Shown here piece after piece: positions 53,828 to 61,977 of a DNA stretch of 64,000 nt. The notes under the pieces were generated by a model. That model saw nothing but the letters and a program-made list of their open reading frames with translations, made no database searches and was not told the origin of the DNA. The DNA lies in the IMG/VR virus record IMGVR_UViG_3300013947_000026, positions 1 to 64,000 of that record. One strand, written 5' to 3'. The number at the start of each line of letters is the position of its first letter. Positions within the stretch are counted from its first letter, which is position 1. Position numbers and translations under genes: made by a program. The DNA is from a virus. Its lineage: Duplodnaviria > Caudoviricetes.

Positions 53828-53851
53828 TGACTCTATCTGAAATTCATTGAA

Positions 53852-54382
53852 TTATCGACAAGTACTTTTAAAAAAAATAAAAGGGGAGGGACTGCTAAAT
53901 TGCAATCCTTCCCCTTCTTTTGTTTTACCAGTAAATATATCATCAATTGTATATTGGAAATCTTCTAACGGCATTTCTTTATTCACCATTAATATACAAG
54001 GCATATGATTGATAACGTTTACAATATTATCATTATATCCCCAAAAAGATGCTATTTTTAAGCAATCTTTCAAGTCTAAATTACAATTTCCTGTAATAAG
54101 ACTTTTATATTTTCCCGTTAGAATAAATCCATAAGCTACGCAATTTACATTATCGATCATTTTGTATCTAGTAGTATGTAAATTTTTACATTTCTCGATA
54201 TGATTGATACGATTAATAGAATTTTGTGTAACTTTATCACATTTAAATAACATATAAATAACTGGCATATCTGTTGGATGGTCTAAATCTTCTGTAAAAC
54301 ATCCAACAAACTGCTCATCAATATCTGATGGCAGTATATTACTGTCAAGTAGTGGAATTACTACTTTGTCGAAATCTGTCAT
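53852..54382 (-). CDS. Hypothetical protein
   Basis: 176-aa ORF with ATGA overlap to the upstream nuclease gene. Confidence 0.75.
   Translation of the reverse strand: MTDFDKVVIPLLDSNILPSDIDEQFVGCFTEDLDHPTDMPVIYMLFKCDKVTQNSINRINHIEKCKNLHTTRYKMIDNVNCVAYGFILTGKYKSLITGNCNLDLKDCLKIASFWGYNDNIVNVINHMPCILMVNKEMPLEDFQYTIDDIFTGKTKEGEGLQFSSPSPFIFFKSTCR
53870..53926. terminator. Bidirectional terminator at the convergence of the late and replication modules
   Basis: A-tract, AAGGGGAGGGA..TCCTTCCCCTT stem, T-tract. Confidence 0.75.
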
Positions 54383-55392
54383 AGGTTTAAGTCTTCGCTA
54401 CCATCTCCGTCATAGTATTCTCTACTATGATCCCACTTATTATTAGCCATATGCCAATATATATTATTACATGCTAAATGTATATCAAAAGAACTTTTAG
54501 CAAGTTGGCTATATTCTAGCTTGAATACTCTTATTTCATTACTACCTGTTGTGTCAATAGCTATTATGTAACATGTAAATTTCCATTCAATTGGATTTTC
54601 GTTTAGAATATTTTTAAGATACCATTCTACTGCGTATTCATAGAAATGTAGTTGCCGGCAGTAATCAAATTCATTCATACTGTCTTCAAAATGCCATAAT
54701 TTGCCAGTAGTTTTTATATCCATAATTATGCATTCTTTATTACCCCAATCAAATGTGCAGCTATCCAATAACGATTTACACGGAATATATTTATTATCAT
54801 CTACATACATCTCCCAATTTATTTGGAATTCATGATATGTATGTTTGCCGACATATTCTCCTGCTGAAATAAGAAGTTTATTAGCTAATTTATGATTTTT
54901 AATATTATCCAAAATAGCGTTAAGCTGATCTAAATCATGCCAGGATATAAGTATTTTGTTAGTTTTTAAAGCTTCAATATAATCTTTGTATTCTGTGCTT
55001 ATTTTAAGCGCTTCTGAGAGGATTTTATCTTCACTTTTACCAACTATACTATAAGACTTACGATAAGCTTCTGAGAGCTGTTTATTTAGCTCTATTTCGA
55101 CGGTATTTATTAAGTTTTCGCAGAATTTTTGCGCTTGTATGCTTTTGGGTTTTTCTCCGTTAAATACTACGTAATCGTCCCAGAATTTGTCTGGTTGAAG
55201 AAGAAACTCGTGTATCATAGTTCCTTTACGTAGTTGAGGAAGATCTAATCCTTTTTCTTTACCATCTAGCATCCTACGAAAATAGGCTGGACCCTTATTT
55301 AGAAACCAGCCTATAGCACTATTACTTATACGTGTATTATCTTCGTAGTATGGAATTTCATATTTAGGTATTTTATATTCCGGACAATCCAT
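54379..55392 (-). CDS. PD-(D/E)XK exonuclease (RecE/DUF3799-like)
   Basis: ISNS, GTMIHEFLL, KSLLD, DIKTT, YCRQLHFY; start at the TAATG overlap 55392. Confidence 0.85.
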   Translation of the reverse strand: MDCPEYKIPKYEIPYYEDNTRISNSAIGWFLNKGPAYFRRMLDGKEKGLDLPQLRKGTMIHEFLLQPDKFWDDYVVFNGEKPKSIQAQKFCENLINTVEIELNKQLSEAYRKSYSIVGKSEDKILSEALKISTEYKDYIEALKTNKILISWHDLDQLNAILDNIKNHKLANKLLISAGEYVGKHTYHEFQINWEMYVDDNKYIPCKSLLDSCTFDWGNKECIIMDIKTTGKLWHFEDSMNEFDYCRQLHFYEYAVEWYLKNILNENPIEWKFTCYIIAIDTTGSNEIRVFKLEYSQLAKSSFDIHLACNNIYWHMANNKWDHSREYYDGDGSEDLNL

Positions 55393-56267
55393 TAGCAGCC
55401 ACAATCATAACATTGATTAATACTCTTTAGCTTTAAGTTCTTTTGTTTATTATTTGGACGTATATGAGGTTTAATTACACCTTCTTTTGGAGAGAGATTC
55501 ATATCCTCAAACAACTCTTCAAATGTAACATTTGGATAATCATTAGCTTCTTTTACAAAAGAAATAATATTATCAAAACTGCATACCTGAAAATTATCCT
55601 TTATAAAATCTGTCAAGAACTTTGCTTCATTTTTATTATCTAAACGATCTTCTAACACCTCCATAATCAATGATGGAGACATTTCTTCAAACTCACGCCA
55701 ATAACGGATACGAGAGCAACGGTCAATCAGATATTCAGATATTTCGTCTGTATCATTACAGGTAAACAAAATCATATGTTTTCCTTTTGTATCTGTACCA
55801 TCAAGTATCTGTAATAGCGCAGAATCATCATAATCATCAAGGAGTTTATCAAGTTCATCAAATAAAAAGCATACACTTGTATCACCAAGTTTTTCTACAA
55901 GATTCTTAAGAATCCAAGGACGAATATTCTTGTCAATGTTAATAATTGGAAGACCGCTCTTATTGGCTATAACTTTCATCATAACTGTCTTGCCAGAACC
56001 TTTTAATCCTGCAAGCATTACACCAGTAAAGCCACTATCAGCTAAATTATAGCTATTAATAACCTTGTTTACGAATCTATTGTCACGATCTGTACAATAT
56101 ACCTTAGAAGGTAAAGAAAGAGCTTCTGTTTCCTCAAGTGTAATTTGATCTGTATAACGATCTACTTTAATATTGTAAACCACTCCTGGGGTTAAATTAC
56201 ACTCAAGACCTTCTGTATTAAACTTAAAACTTACACTCTTACCTACTTTCAAAAATTTCTTTTCCAT
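55392..56267 (-). CDS. AAA+ ATPase
   Basis: Walker A GLKGSGKT, Walker B LFDELDK, DRCSRI. Confidence 0.88.
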   Translation of the reverse strand: MEKKFLKVGKSVSFKFNTEGLECNLTPGVVYNIKVDRYTDQITLEETEALSLPSKVYCTDRDNRFVNKVINSYNLADSGFTGVMLAGLKGSGKTVMMKVIANKSGLPIINIDKNIRPWILKNLVEKLGDTSVCFLFDELDKLLDDYDDSALLQILDGTDTKGKHMILFTCNDTDEISEYLIDRCSRIRYWREFEEMSPSLIMEVLEDRLDNKNEAKFLTDFIKDNFQVCSFDNIISFVKEANDYPNVTFEELFEDMNLSPKEGVIKPHIRPNNKQKNLKLKSINQCYDCGC

Positions 56268-56287
56268 ATTTACTGATATTAAAATAC

Positions 56288-56686
56288 TCAAATATTGGCT
56301 TTAATCTCTTCAATCATCTCATCTACTTGTTTGTGGTTTCTAACAAGATAACACTTCATTTTACTTCTGTGTCGTTTGAGATAATATTTAAAGAGTTTCC
56401 ACCGAAGTGGAAAGGAGTCTCCAATAAGACCTTTGCATTCTACTACGAACGATTGACTTTTGTATTTGCCAATAAAATCAGGTAGATATGTAATTGGTCT
56501 TATTTTTTCTCCAAATAGCTCGAATTTGTTTAATAAAGTAAAATGCTTTGGCTCATATTTAACAGGTATTCCTGCTTTCATAAAAGCTTCATAAGTATAG
56601 CATTCGAGCTTGCTCCTAAAATGGATACCATACTTATCGACTGCTGTCGCATTCCTTACCTTACTTTTACCACTCTTGCCTATCAT
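56288..56686 (-). CDS. PD-(D/E)XK endonuclease (DUF1064 / T7 endonuclease I-like)
   Basis: FRSKLE, YLPDF, VECKG. Confidence 0.8.
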   Translation of the reverse strand: MIGKSGKSKVRNATAVDKYGIHFRSKLECYTYEAFMKAGIPVKYEPKHFTLLNKFELFGEKIRPITYLPDFIGKYKSQSFVVECKGLIGDSFPLRWKLFKYYLKRHRSKMKCYLVRNHKQVDEMIEEIKANI

Positions 56687-56981
56687 AAGAAAACTTCTTA
56701 CCCCTTATCTTAGAGACAATATTTCCTTCAAAATAGACAATATCACCATCTGTTACTTTAGTAGAATCACCATGATGAACACATGCGCATATATTACCTT
56801 CATCACTATAACTATCCCAGATAGTCATATGCATTTTGTTTGGCAAATAAATACGCAAGAATCCACCCTTCTGTAAGGAGATTCGTTTAGTCAGCTTCTT
56901 TGCCAACCACTTGTGCAATAGAGGAGACATTACTGCACCTCCCAGCACACCAAGCAGGCATCCTATTACTACATCAATCAT
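56667..56981 (-). CDS. Hypothetical membrane-anchored protein
   Basis: Hydrophobic N-terminus VVIGCLLGVLGGAVM; overlaps both neighbours. Confidence 0.65.
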   Translation of the reverse strand: MIDVVIGCLLGVLGGAVMSPLLHKWLAKKLTKRISLQKGGFLRIYLPNKMHMTIWDSYSDEGNICACVHHGDSTKVTDGDIVYFEGNIVSKIRGKKFSYDRQEW

Positions 56982-57945
56982 ATTTCTGTAACGTTTTTGT
57001 TAACCAGTCTTTCATGGTGCTAAATCCGTTGTCACGAACAGCATCTGATAGATCTTTGGCTTTGAATTTCTTGTTAATGAAAAATGCATCTAATTTGTAC
57101 TGTTTGCTATACATCCTTGACTTATGAACACCCGTAATATCTCTATCGTATAATATAACAATATGTTTCCATTTTGAACGTAAAGATTTAAGTATATCAT
57201 CAGGAATGAATACTGTTTCGCTGGCTGCAGCTATAGCATTAAAACCCATTTCGTAACATACCATAACATCTTTCAATGATTTGGTTATTATGAGTAAATT
57301 GCCACCCTCTTTAGGTAATTCGGCTAATCCCTGTACATGCCTATTTGTCAGATTGGTACGCCATTTAGTATACTTAGAGGCAAGCGGCCGATAAATTTTA
57401 AATTTATCATACACTTTATATGCATACATAGGACTAGTTTCTTTATAGATACTTCGGACGATACTATTACAAAGAAAGTACTTAATGCTAAATACATTGA
57501 ATTTCTTCAATGTATCTATATGAATACCGAACTGTTTCCAGTATTGTTTATCTACATCTGTAAACGGTTGTCGAACTATCCCGATATCAGTTTCTCCTTT
57601 CGGTTTATCATACGTATTTGTCCTAACAGTTAAATTAGGATTTATTCTGCGTACAATTCTCAATAATTCTCGTTCTAATTCTTCTCTTGTCGTTATTCCT
57701 TTATATTCTTTTAGGAACTTTATTGCGTTTCCATAATCACCAGTTCCAAGATCTTTCCATAACAATCCGCCTGTTTTAGATTGGAATATTCCAAATGATG
57801 GATTCTTATCTCCAGATCTTAATGGGCTATTTATAAGTTTTCCAACTTTGAATTGCCCTAAACAATACGTATAGATGTCTAAATCAGTCAACTTGTCCAA
57901 TATGTCTCTTAACGAAACTGTTATTGCTGTCTTAGTACTATACAT
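56974..57945 (-). CDS. dnaG: DNA primase (crAss-type, TOPRIM)
   Basis: SPLRSGDKNPSF..WKDLG, IITKSLKDVM, LYDRD, KDLSD. Confidence 0.85.
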   Translation of the reverse strand: MYSTKTAITVSLRDILDKLTDLDIYTYCLGQFKVGKLINSPLRSGDKNPSFGIFQSKTGGLLWKDLGTGDYGNAIKFLKEYKGITTREELERELLRIVRRINPNLTVRTNTYDKPKGETDIGIVRQPFTDVDKQYWKQFGIHIDTLKKFNVFSIKYFLCNSIVRSIYKETSPMYAYKVYDKFKIYRPLASKYTKWRTNLTNRHVQGLAELPKEGGNLLIITKSLKDVMVCYEMGFNAIAAASETVFIPDDILKSLRSKWKHIVILYDRDITGVHKSRMYSKQYKLDAFFINKKFKAKDLSDAVRDNGFSTMKDWLTKTLQKYD

Positions 57946-57959
57946 AACTTATAAGTTAG

Positions 57960-58036
57960 AGTGAGAGGAAGGAGTCGGACCTTCGTATACATATAATGTA
58001 TAAAACTGCCAAGTGTTACTTTCAGACTTCTCTCAC
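57960..58036 (-). ncRNA. tRNA-like RNA with non-canonical D/anticodon region
   Basis: Acceptor GTGAGAG/CTCTCAC, T-arm GAAGG-TCCGACT-CCTTC, hairpin TATAC-ATTATAT-GTATA. Confidence 0.6.
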
Positions 58037-58044
58037 ATATAAAA

Positions 58045-58104
58045 GAGCAGTTTAATGACATGCTCAGGTCAAACGGGCAGACAGTTTACGGGCTTGTCTA
58101 GGCC
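58045..58104 (-). ncRNA. Two tandem H-type pseudoknots
   Basis: GGC-CT-AGACA-A-GCC-CGTAAAC-TGTCT and TGAC-CT-GAGCA-T-GTCA-TTAAAC-TGCTC. Confidence 0.6.
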
Positions 58105-58249
58105 GGGGACTTCATTTATACATCCCAGATCCAACTTAAGTATGGTTCACCATGAAATCTGATTGCTCTAAGTGAATAGAGCGTGTTACTAAGTGAGACC
58201 TATCCTCACGGACCGGAGTTTTCTACATATAAATGATAAACAAAAACAG

Positions 58250-58352
58250 TGGCTATGCTAGGAATCGAACCTAGCAGAATGGGAAAAATGTACGAAAATA
58301 ACAAAAGATAAAAACCATTCTTGTCTTATGCCTCACGACACCCTGACTAGCC
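58250..58352 (-). ncRNA. tRNA-like cloverleaf with a 32-nt U-rich loop
   Basis: GGCTA/TAGCC closing stem, GUGA-capped arm, AGAATGG/CCATTCT arm, T-arm GCTAGG-TTCGATT-CCTAGC. Confidence 0.65.
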
Positions 58353-58550
58353 TTGTTGGAGGCATTTCACCTCCAAAGGGTAACTGAATTACCTAGCTCC
58401 ACCAACGTCAGTTTATGGCGGTATTACCCTCCCTGACGTAACCACTTGTCATACAGTTTGACACTCCTGCTATGTAAATGATATAAAAACCATTTACCGG
58501 ATTTCATACAATCAAGTAGTATTTCTTTCTCTTTAGATGTATATTCTCCC

Positions 58551-59153
58551 TTAAAACGGAAGCTCTGATACACCTGAATTATTCCCAGTTTCCGGAGTAA
58601 TGGTTGGTGGTACCTTAAGCGGGTCGTTGTGCTCTACATCAGCTACAACTGGACGCTCCATAAGATCTTTCTTAAAGAGTTTAATCTGGGAATCTTTATT
58701 AGACATATCTTCAACGAAGATACCATAAGAACTTACACGAGTGTAACCTTTCTTATCGTAATTAACTTTCAAACGAAGTTTCTTCTTAGTAGCGATCATA
58801 GGATCAAGCATCTGCTTAACCCAATTAATCATTTCTTTAAATGTTTGCAGTTCTGCTTCTGGACGTTGTGGATAATAACAATCAATAATCTGGCATATAC
58901 GTCCAAACTGATTATTATCTGCTCGTTGTAAATCTTCATCAGTTTTAATATATTGACCTTTATTATTCTTCCACTCTGTCATAGTAGCAGTTTGACCTTG
59001 CTCGTTCTCAAATGTAATTTCAAGCTTATCAAAACCTTGTGGTGATACACTGCATATCACTTCCTTGAGAGTTACATTTTCGTTAATACCTACTGGCATA
59101 TAATTGCCAGAAAATTCTTCGTTATTTGTTACGGCTGTCTTTGTACTAAACAT
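58551..59153 (-). CDS. Putative single-stranded DNA-binding protein
   Basis: Beta-rich 200-aa protein ending ELPF; directly follows the Sak4-like ATPase. Confidence 0.7.
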   Translation of the reverse strand: MFSTKTAVTNNEEFSGNYMPVGINENVTLKEVICSVSPQGFDKLEITFENEQGQTATMTEWKNNKGQYIKTDEDLQRADNNQFGRICQIIDCYYPQRPEAELQTFKEMINWVKQMLDPMIATKKKLRLKVNYDKKGYTRVSSYGIFVEDMSNKDSQIKLFKKDLMERPVVADVEHNDPLKVPPTITPETGNNSGVSELPF

Positions 59154-59242
59154 AATTTCTTTATTTTAATATACGTAATGCTAATATATCCATTTTATTC
59201 TCGGCATAATATGCTGTGGATCGAATGAATCTATATAACAGT

Positions 59243-59983
59243 TTACTTAAATATTTTATCCCAATGTGTTGTAATCGTTCCATCTTCGTTGCCTTCTGCA
59301 ATAATTATATCTTTTCCTGCTATATGTCTAGCACGAGCTTCCATAATTGTGTCAGACGTTCCACCTTTAAAAGATATATGTGTTTCATTACCTTTACGAT
59401 ATACATATCCTACCGCATCGGCTAAACCACATACAATTTTACTTAGTTTTCCAACTAAATCTAGTTCTTTTGCAGATATTTCAACACCATCCTTTTCAGT
59501 TATGGTATCTTTAACGTGACCAACAAGAATAAATTCGTCACACAAATCTCGGAACATATCAATTACCTTCTTTACTGCATCTCTTAGATATTTGTACCCC
59601 GCTCCATTTGGCAGCGTTGTAACATCTGTACCCTCCCATTTCTTGCCCATTGGAGTTTGACGATAGAGTGTACAAGCATAGCTCATACAGATATCTTCGA
59701 GTCGTGTAGCATTATCAATAGTGATATGTCTATAGAAATTATGACCTACTTCTTTATTCTTGGCACGAATGGCACTTGCAGCTTCTCCTAAATCGTTGAT
59801 TGTACGACACTGGATGGCCATAGCATCAACGAAGACAGAGCCTCCTTCAAGGTCTATGATAAGATTATTATCCAGCTGGGCAAGACAAGATGTTTTTCCA
59901 GCTTTTGGAAGACCATACAAAATTAGATATCTAGGATTTTCAGAAACTGCAGGAATTTTACTTGTAGGTAATGTTAAACTCAT
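59243..59983 (-). CDS. AAA_24 / Sak4-like ATPase
   Basis: YGLPKAGKTS, IIDLEGG, ITIDNAT, GAGY, ILVGH. Confidence 0.85.
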   Translation of the reverse strand: MSLTLPTSKIPAVSENPRYLILYGLPKAGKTSCLAQLDNNLIIDLEGGSVFVDAMAIQCRTINDLGEAASAIRAKNKEVGHNFYRHITIDNATRLEDICMSYACTLYRQTPMGKKWEGTDVTTLPNGAGYKYLRDAVKKVIDMFRDLCDEFILVGHVKDTITEKDGVEISAKELDLVGKLSKIVCGLADAVGYVYRKGNETHISFKGGTSDTIMEARARHIAGKDIIIAEGNEDGTITTHWDKIFK

Positions 59984-60011
59984 GATACTATGATACTTAA
60001 GTTATTTTAAA

Positions 60012-60461
60012 TTAAAGCTTAATGTTAATATCAATGATAATTTTCTTCTTCTCAGGTGTTAAACTTGAAATAAAGTCAAAATTACCGAAATCTGTATAGC
60101 TGTATATATCTGTTCCAATTTGAATCTCATCATCATAAAATATAATTGGAGTACCATTAGAAAAACGATATATCTTTCCTAATATGATATTCTCAGCCTT
60201 TTTCTTGTTGTAATCAGCAAGAATTTTGCAAGCCTTAGTGAATACATCACTATCCTTCAGAGACTTACAAATATAAGTGTGATCAATACTGTCAAACATT
60301 GCATCAATCAAATCTGCATCTTTATCCTTCTTCAACTTAAACAAATAATCATTGTTTTTCTTTACAGTATCAAGAATAATATCATCAAGCATCTTTGAAT
60401 AAATGTTACCATTATTAATGTTCTTAGTAGTATTGTTAAACTTAATATCAAATGTTGTCAT
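60012..60461 (-). CDS. Hypothetical protein
   Basis: 149-aa ORF filling the operon. Confidence 0.75.
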   Translation of the reverse strand: MTTFDIKFNNTTKNINNGNIYSKMLDDIILDTVKKNNDYLFKLKKDKDADLIDAMFDSIDHTYICKSLKDSDVFTKACKILADYNKKKAENIILGKIYRFSNGTPIIFYDDEIQIGTDIYSYTDFGNFDFISSLTPEKKKIIIDINIKL

Positions 60462-60482
60462 AATTCAGCCTATTTTAATACT

Positions 60483-61409
60483 TTAGCATTCAATCAAGTT
60501 GTTATACGCTAAATCATTCTGAAATTCAAGTATACAGGGCTTTCCTGCATCTCTATTCTTAAGCATATGTAAATATACTTTATTCTGAGTCGGCAAATGA
60601 CTGGGACCATATTCTTGTATACCAAGAATTTCTGGTCTATGAATAACTATTACGTAATCGCTTGCTTGAAATAATGCATCAGCAGATGAAATGTCGCTCC
60701 TCATCGGATAATGCGACAATGGATTATTAATTCTTTCTGGAGATTCAATATTTCTATTCATCTGTGCTAATTGTAGAATAGATGTCATAGGATACTTTTT
60801 CGCACTAATAAAAACCCTTTCAAGTTCTTGCATTGTTTCTATTACAGAACCAATTGGCTTTGTTAATAAAGCATGATCATACATGATTACAAAATGCTTA
60901 TTAGTATCTTTTACATACGAATTATAGAAATATCTAATAATATCTTCTGCTTCCTTGGGAGTTGTAGGATTATCTACAAACCATATAGGATACTCCTTTA
61001 GTTGATTAGATACTTGAATGACTTTTCTGAAGGTGTCATCATCAAGGTCCTTTTCAGAACTATACAAAGTCGAAGTTGTTTTCCTAAGCTTACTAGAAAG
61101 CGTTCTTCCAACTTGCCTAAATCCAACCATCTCTAATGAGAAAACCAGAATTACTATTTCTTCTCCTTGATTCAAATCAATAATATCAGTACTAATCTCG
61201 TTTGCAAAACTCGATTTTCCGCTACCCGAAATACCAGCTATGGTATAAACGGTATTTGGTTCAATACCTCCCATACACTGCTTATTAAACTTTTTCCATC
61301 TAGTCTTTAAAGATACTATAGAGTGATCTCTGCGACCAGATATATATGTAATAGCTTCTTGAGCTACTACAGACATTGGTCGTATAAGATTAGATAAGTT
61401 CTGTTCCAT
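60483..61409 (-). CDS. dnaB: Replicative DnaB-like helicase (C-terminal ATPase domain only)
   Basis: GISGSGKS, FSLEM, YDH, LAQMNR, SD..FQASD, LKNRD. Confidence 0.9.
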   Translation of the reverse strand: MEQNLSNLIRPMSVVAQEAITYISGRRDHSIVSLKTRWKKFNKQCMGGIEPNTVYTIAGISGSGKSSFANEISTDIIDLNQGEEIVILVFSLEMVGFRQVGRTLSSKLRKTTSTLYSSEKDLDDDTFRKVIQVSNQLKEYPIWFVDNPTTPKEAEDIIRYFYNSYVKDTNKHFVIMYDHALLTKPIGSVIETMQELERVFISAKKYPMTSILQLAQMNRNIESPERINNPLSHYPMRSDISSADALFQASDYVIVIHRPEILGIQEYGPSHLPTQNKVYLHMLKNRDAGKPCILEFQNDLAYNNLIEC

Positions 61410-61956
61410 AAGTTAATTCCTCCTGTTTAGAGTTATCTTGCATTTCTTCCTCAGATTCTTCCCATTGATGGTCTACGAGCCATCTCCACATCGTTTTCAT
61501 ATAACTCAGTTTACCTTCGTTAGTCTTTTTCTTCATTTCAAAGTCAAGGCATTGAATAAGATGCTGAGCCATTGCTTCACTTTGTCCAACATAAACGTTA
61601 AACAAATGTCTACATTTATTTACATTAGCTCTTAAATAATTTTTAGAACCATCTGGTCGTAGAACGTATACTGGGTACATCTCATAAAACAGATCAAAAT
61701 AATCCTTTTCTGGGCGGATTATATTATTAAGCTTTTCTGTCGAATGATACGTAATTGACTTACCTTTCTCTATCGAGGTAATAAGTCCCTGAGAAATTAA
61801 ACTTGATACTTCTTCGTCGCTAATTAGGCTGACAATTTTGCGGACGTCTTGATTATAAGTTTTTTGATTCTTATCCAGTACCAAGCTTAGGAATATTAAT
61901 TGATTTGAATTTATTCCTGGAATATCCAGGAGTTTTGTGTTTAGTTCAATAATCAT
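61390..61956 (-). CDS. Putative replication initiator/helicase-loader-like protein
   Basis: wHTH-like N-terminus; FDLFYEMYP and YMKTMWRWL..WE; overlaps dnaB. Confidence 0.55.
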   Translation of the reverse strand: MIIELNTKLLDIPGINSNQLIFLSLVLDKNQKTYNQDVRKIVSLISDEEVSSLISQGLITSIEKGKSITYHSTEKLNNIIRPEKDYFDLFYEMYPVYVLRPDGSKNYLRANVNKCRHLFNVYVGQSEAMAQHLIQCLDFEMKKKTNEGKLSYMKTMWRWLVDHQWEESEEEMQDNSKQEELTYGTELI

Positions 61957-61977
61957 CTTATATACGTAGATAAACGA

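Noticed and set aside
58160-58182. Amber suppressor tRNA (CTCTAAG loop)
   Set aside because: No proper anticodon stem, D arm or T arm around it; the bases form a GCTCTA/TAGAGC hairpin instead. I found no tRNA-CUA in this window.
57946-58260. HDV-like (theta) ribozyme 3' of the tRNA-like elements
   Set aside because: Sequences following the acceptor stems are A/T-rich and I could not build the nested double pseudoknot.
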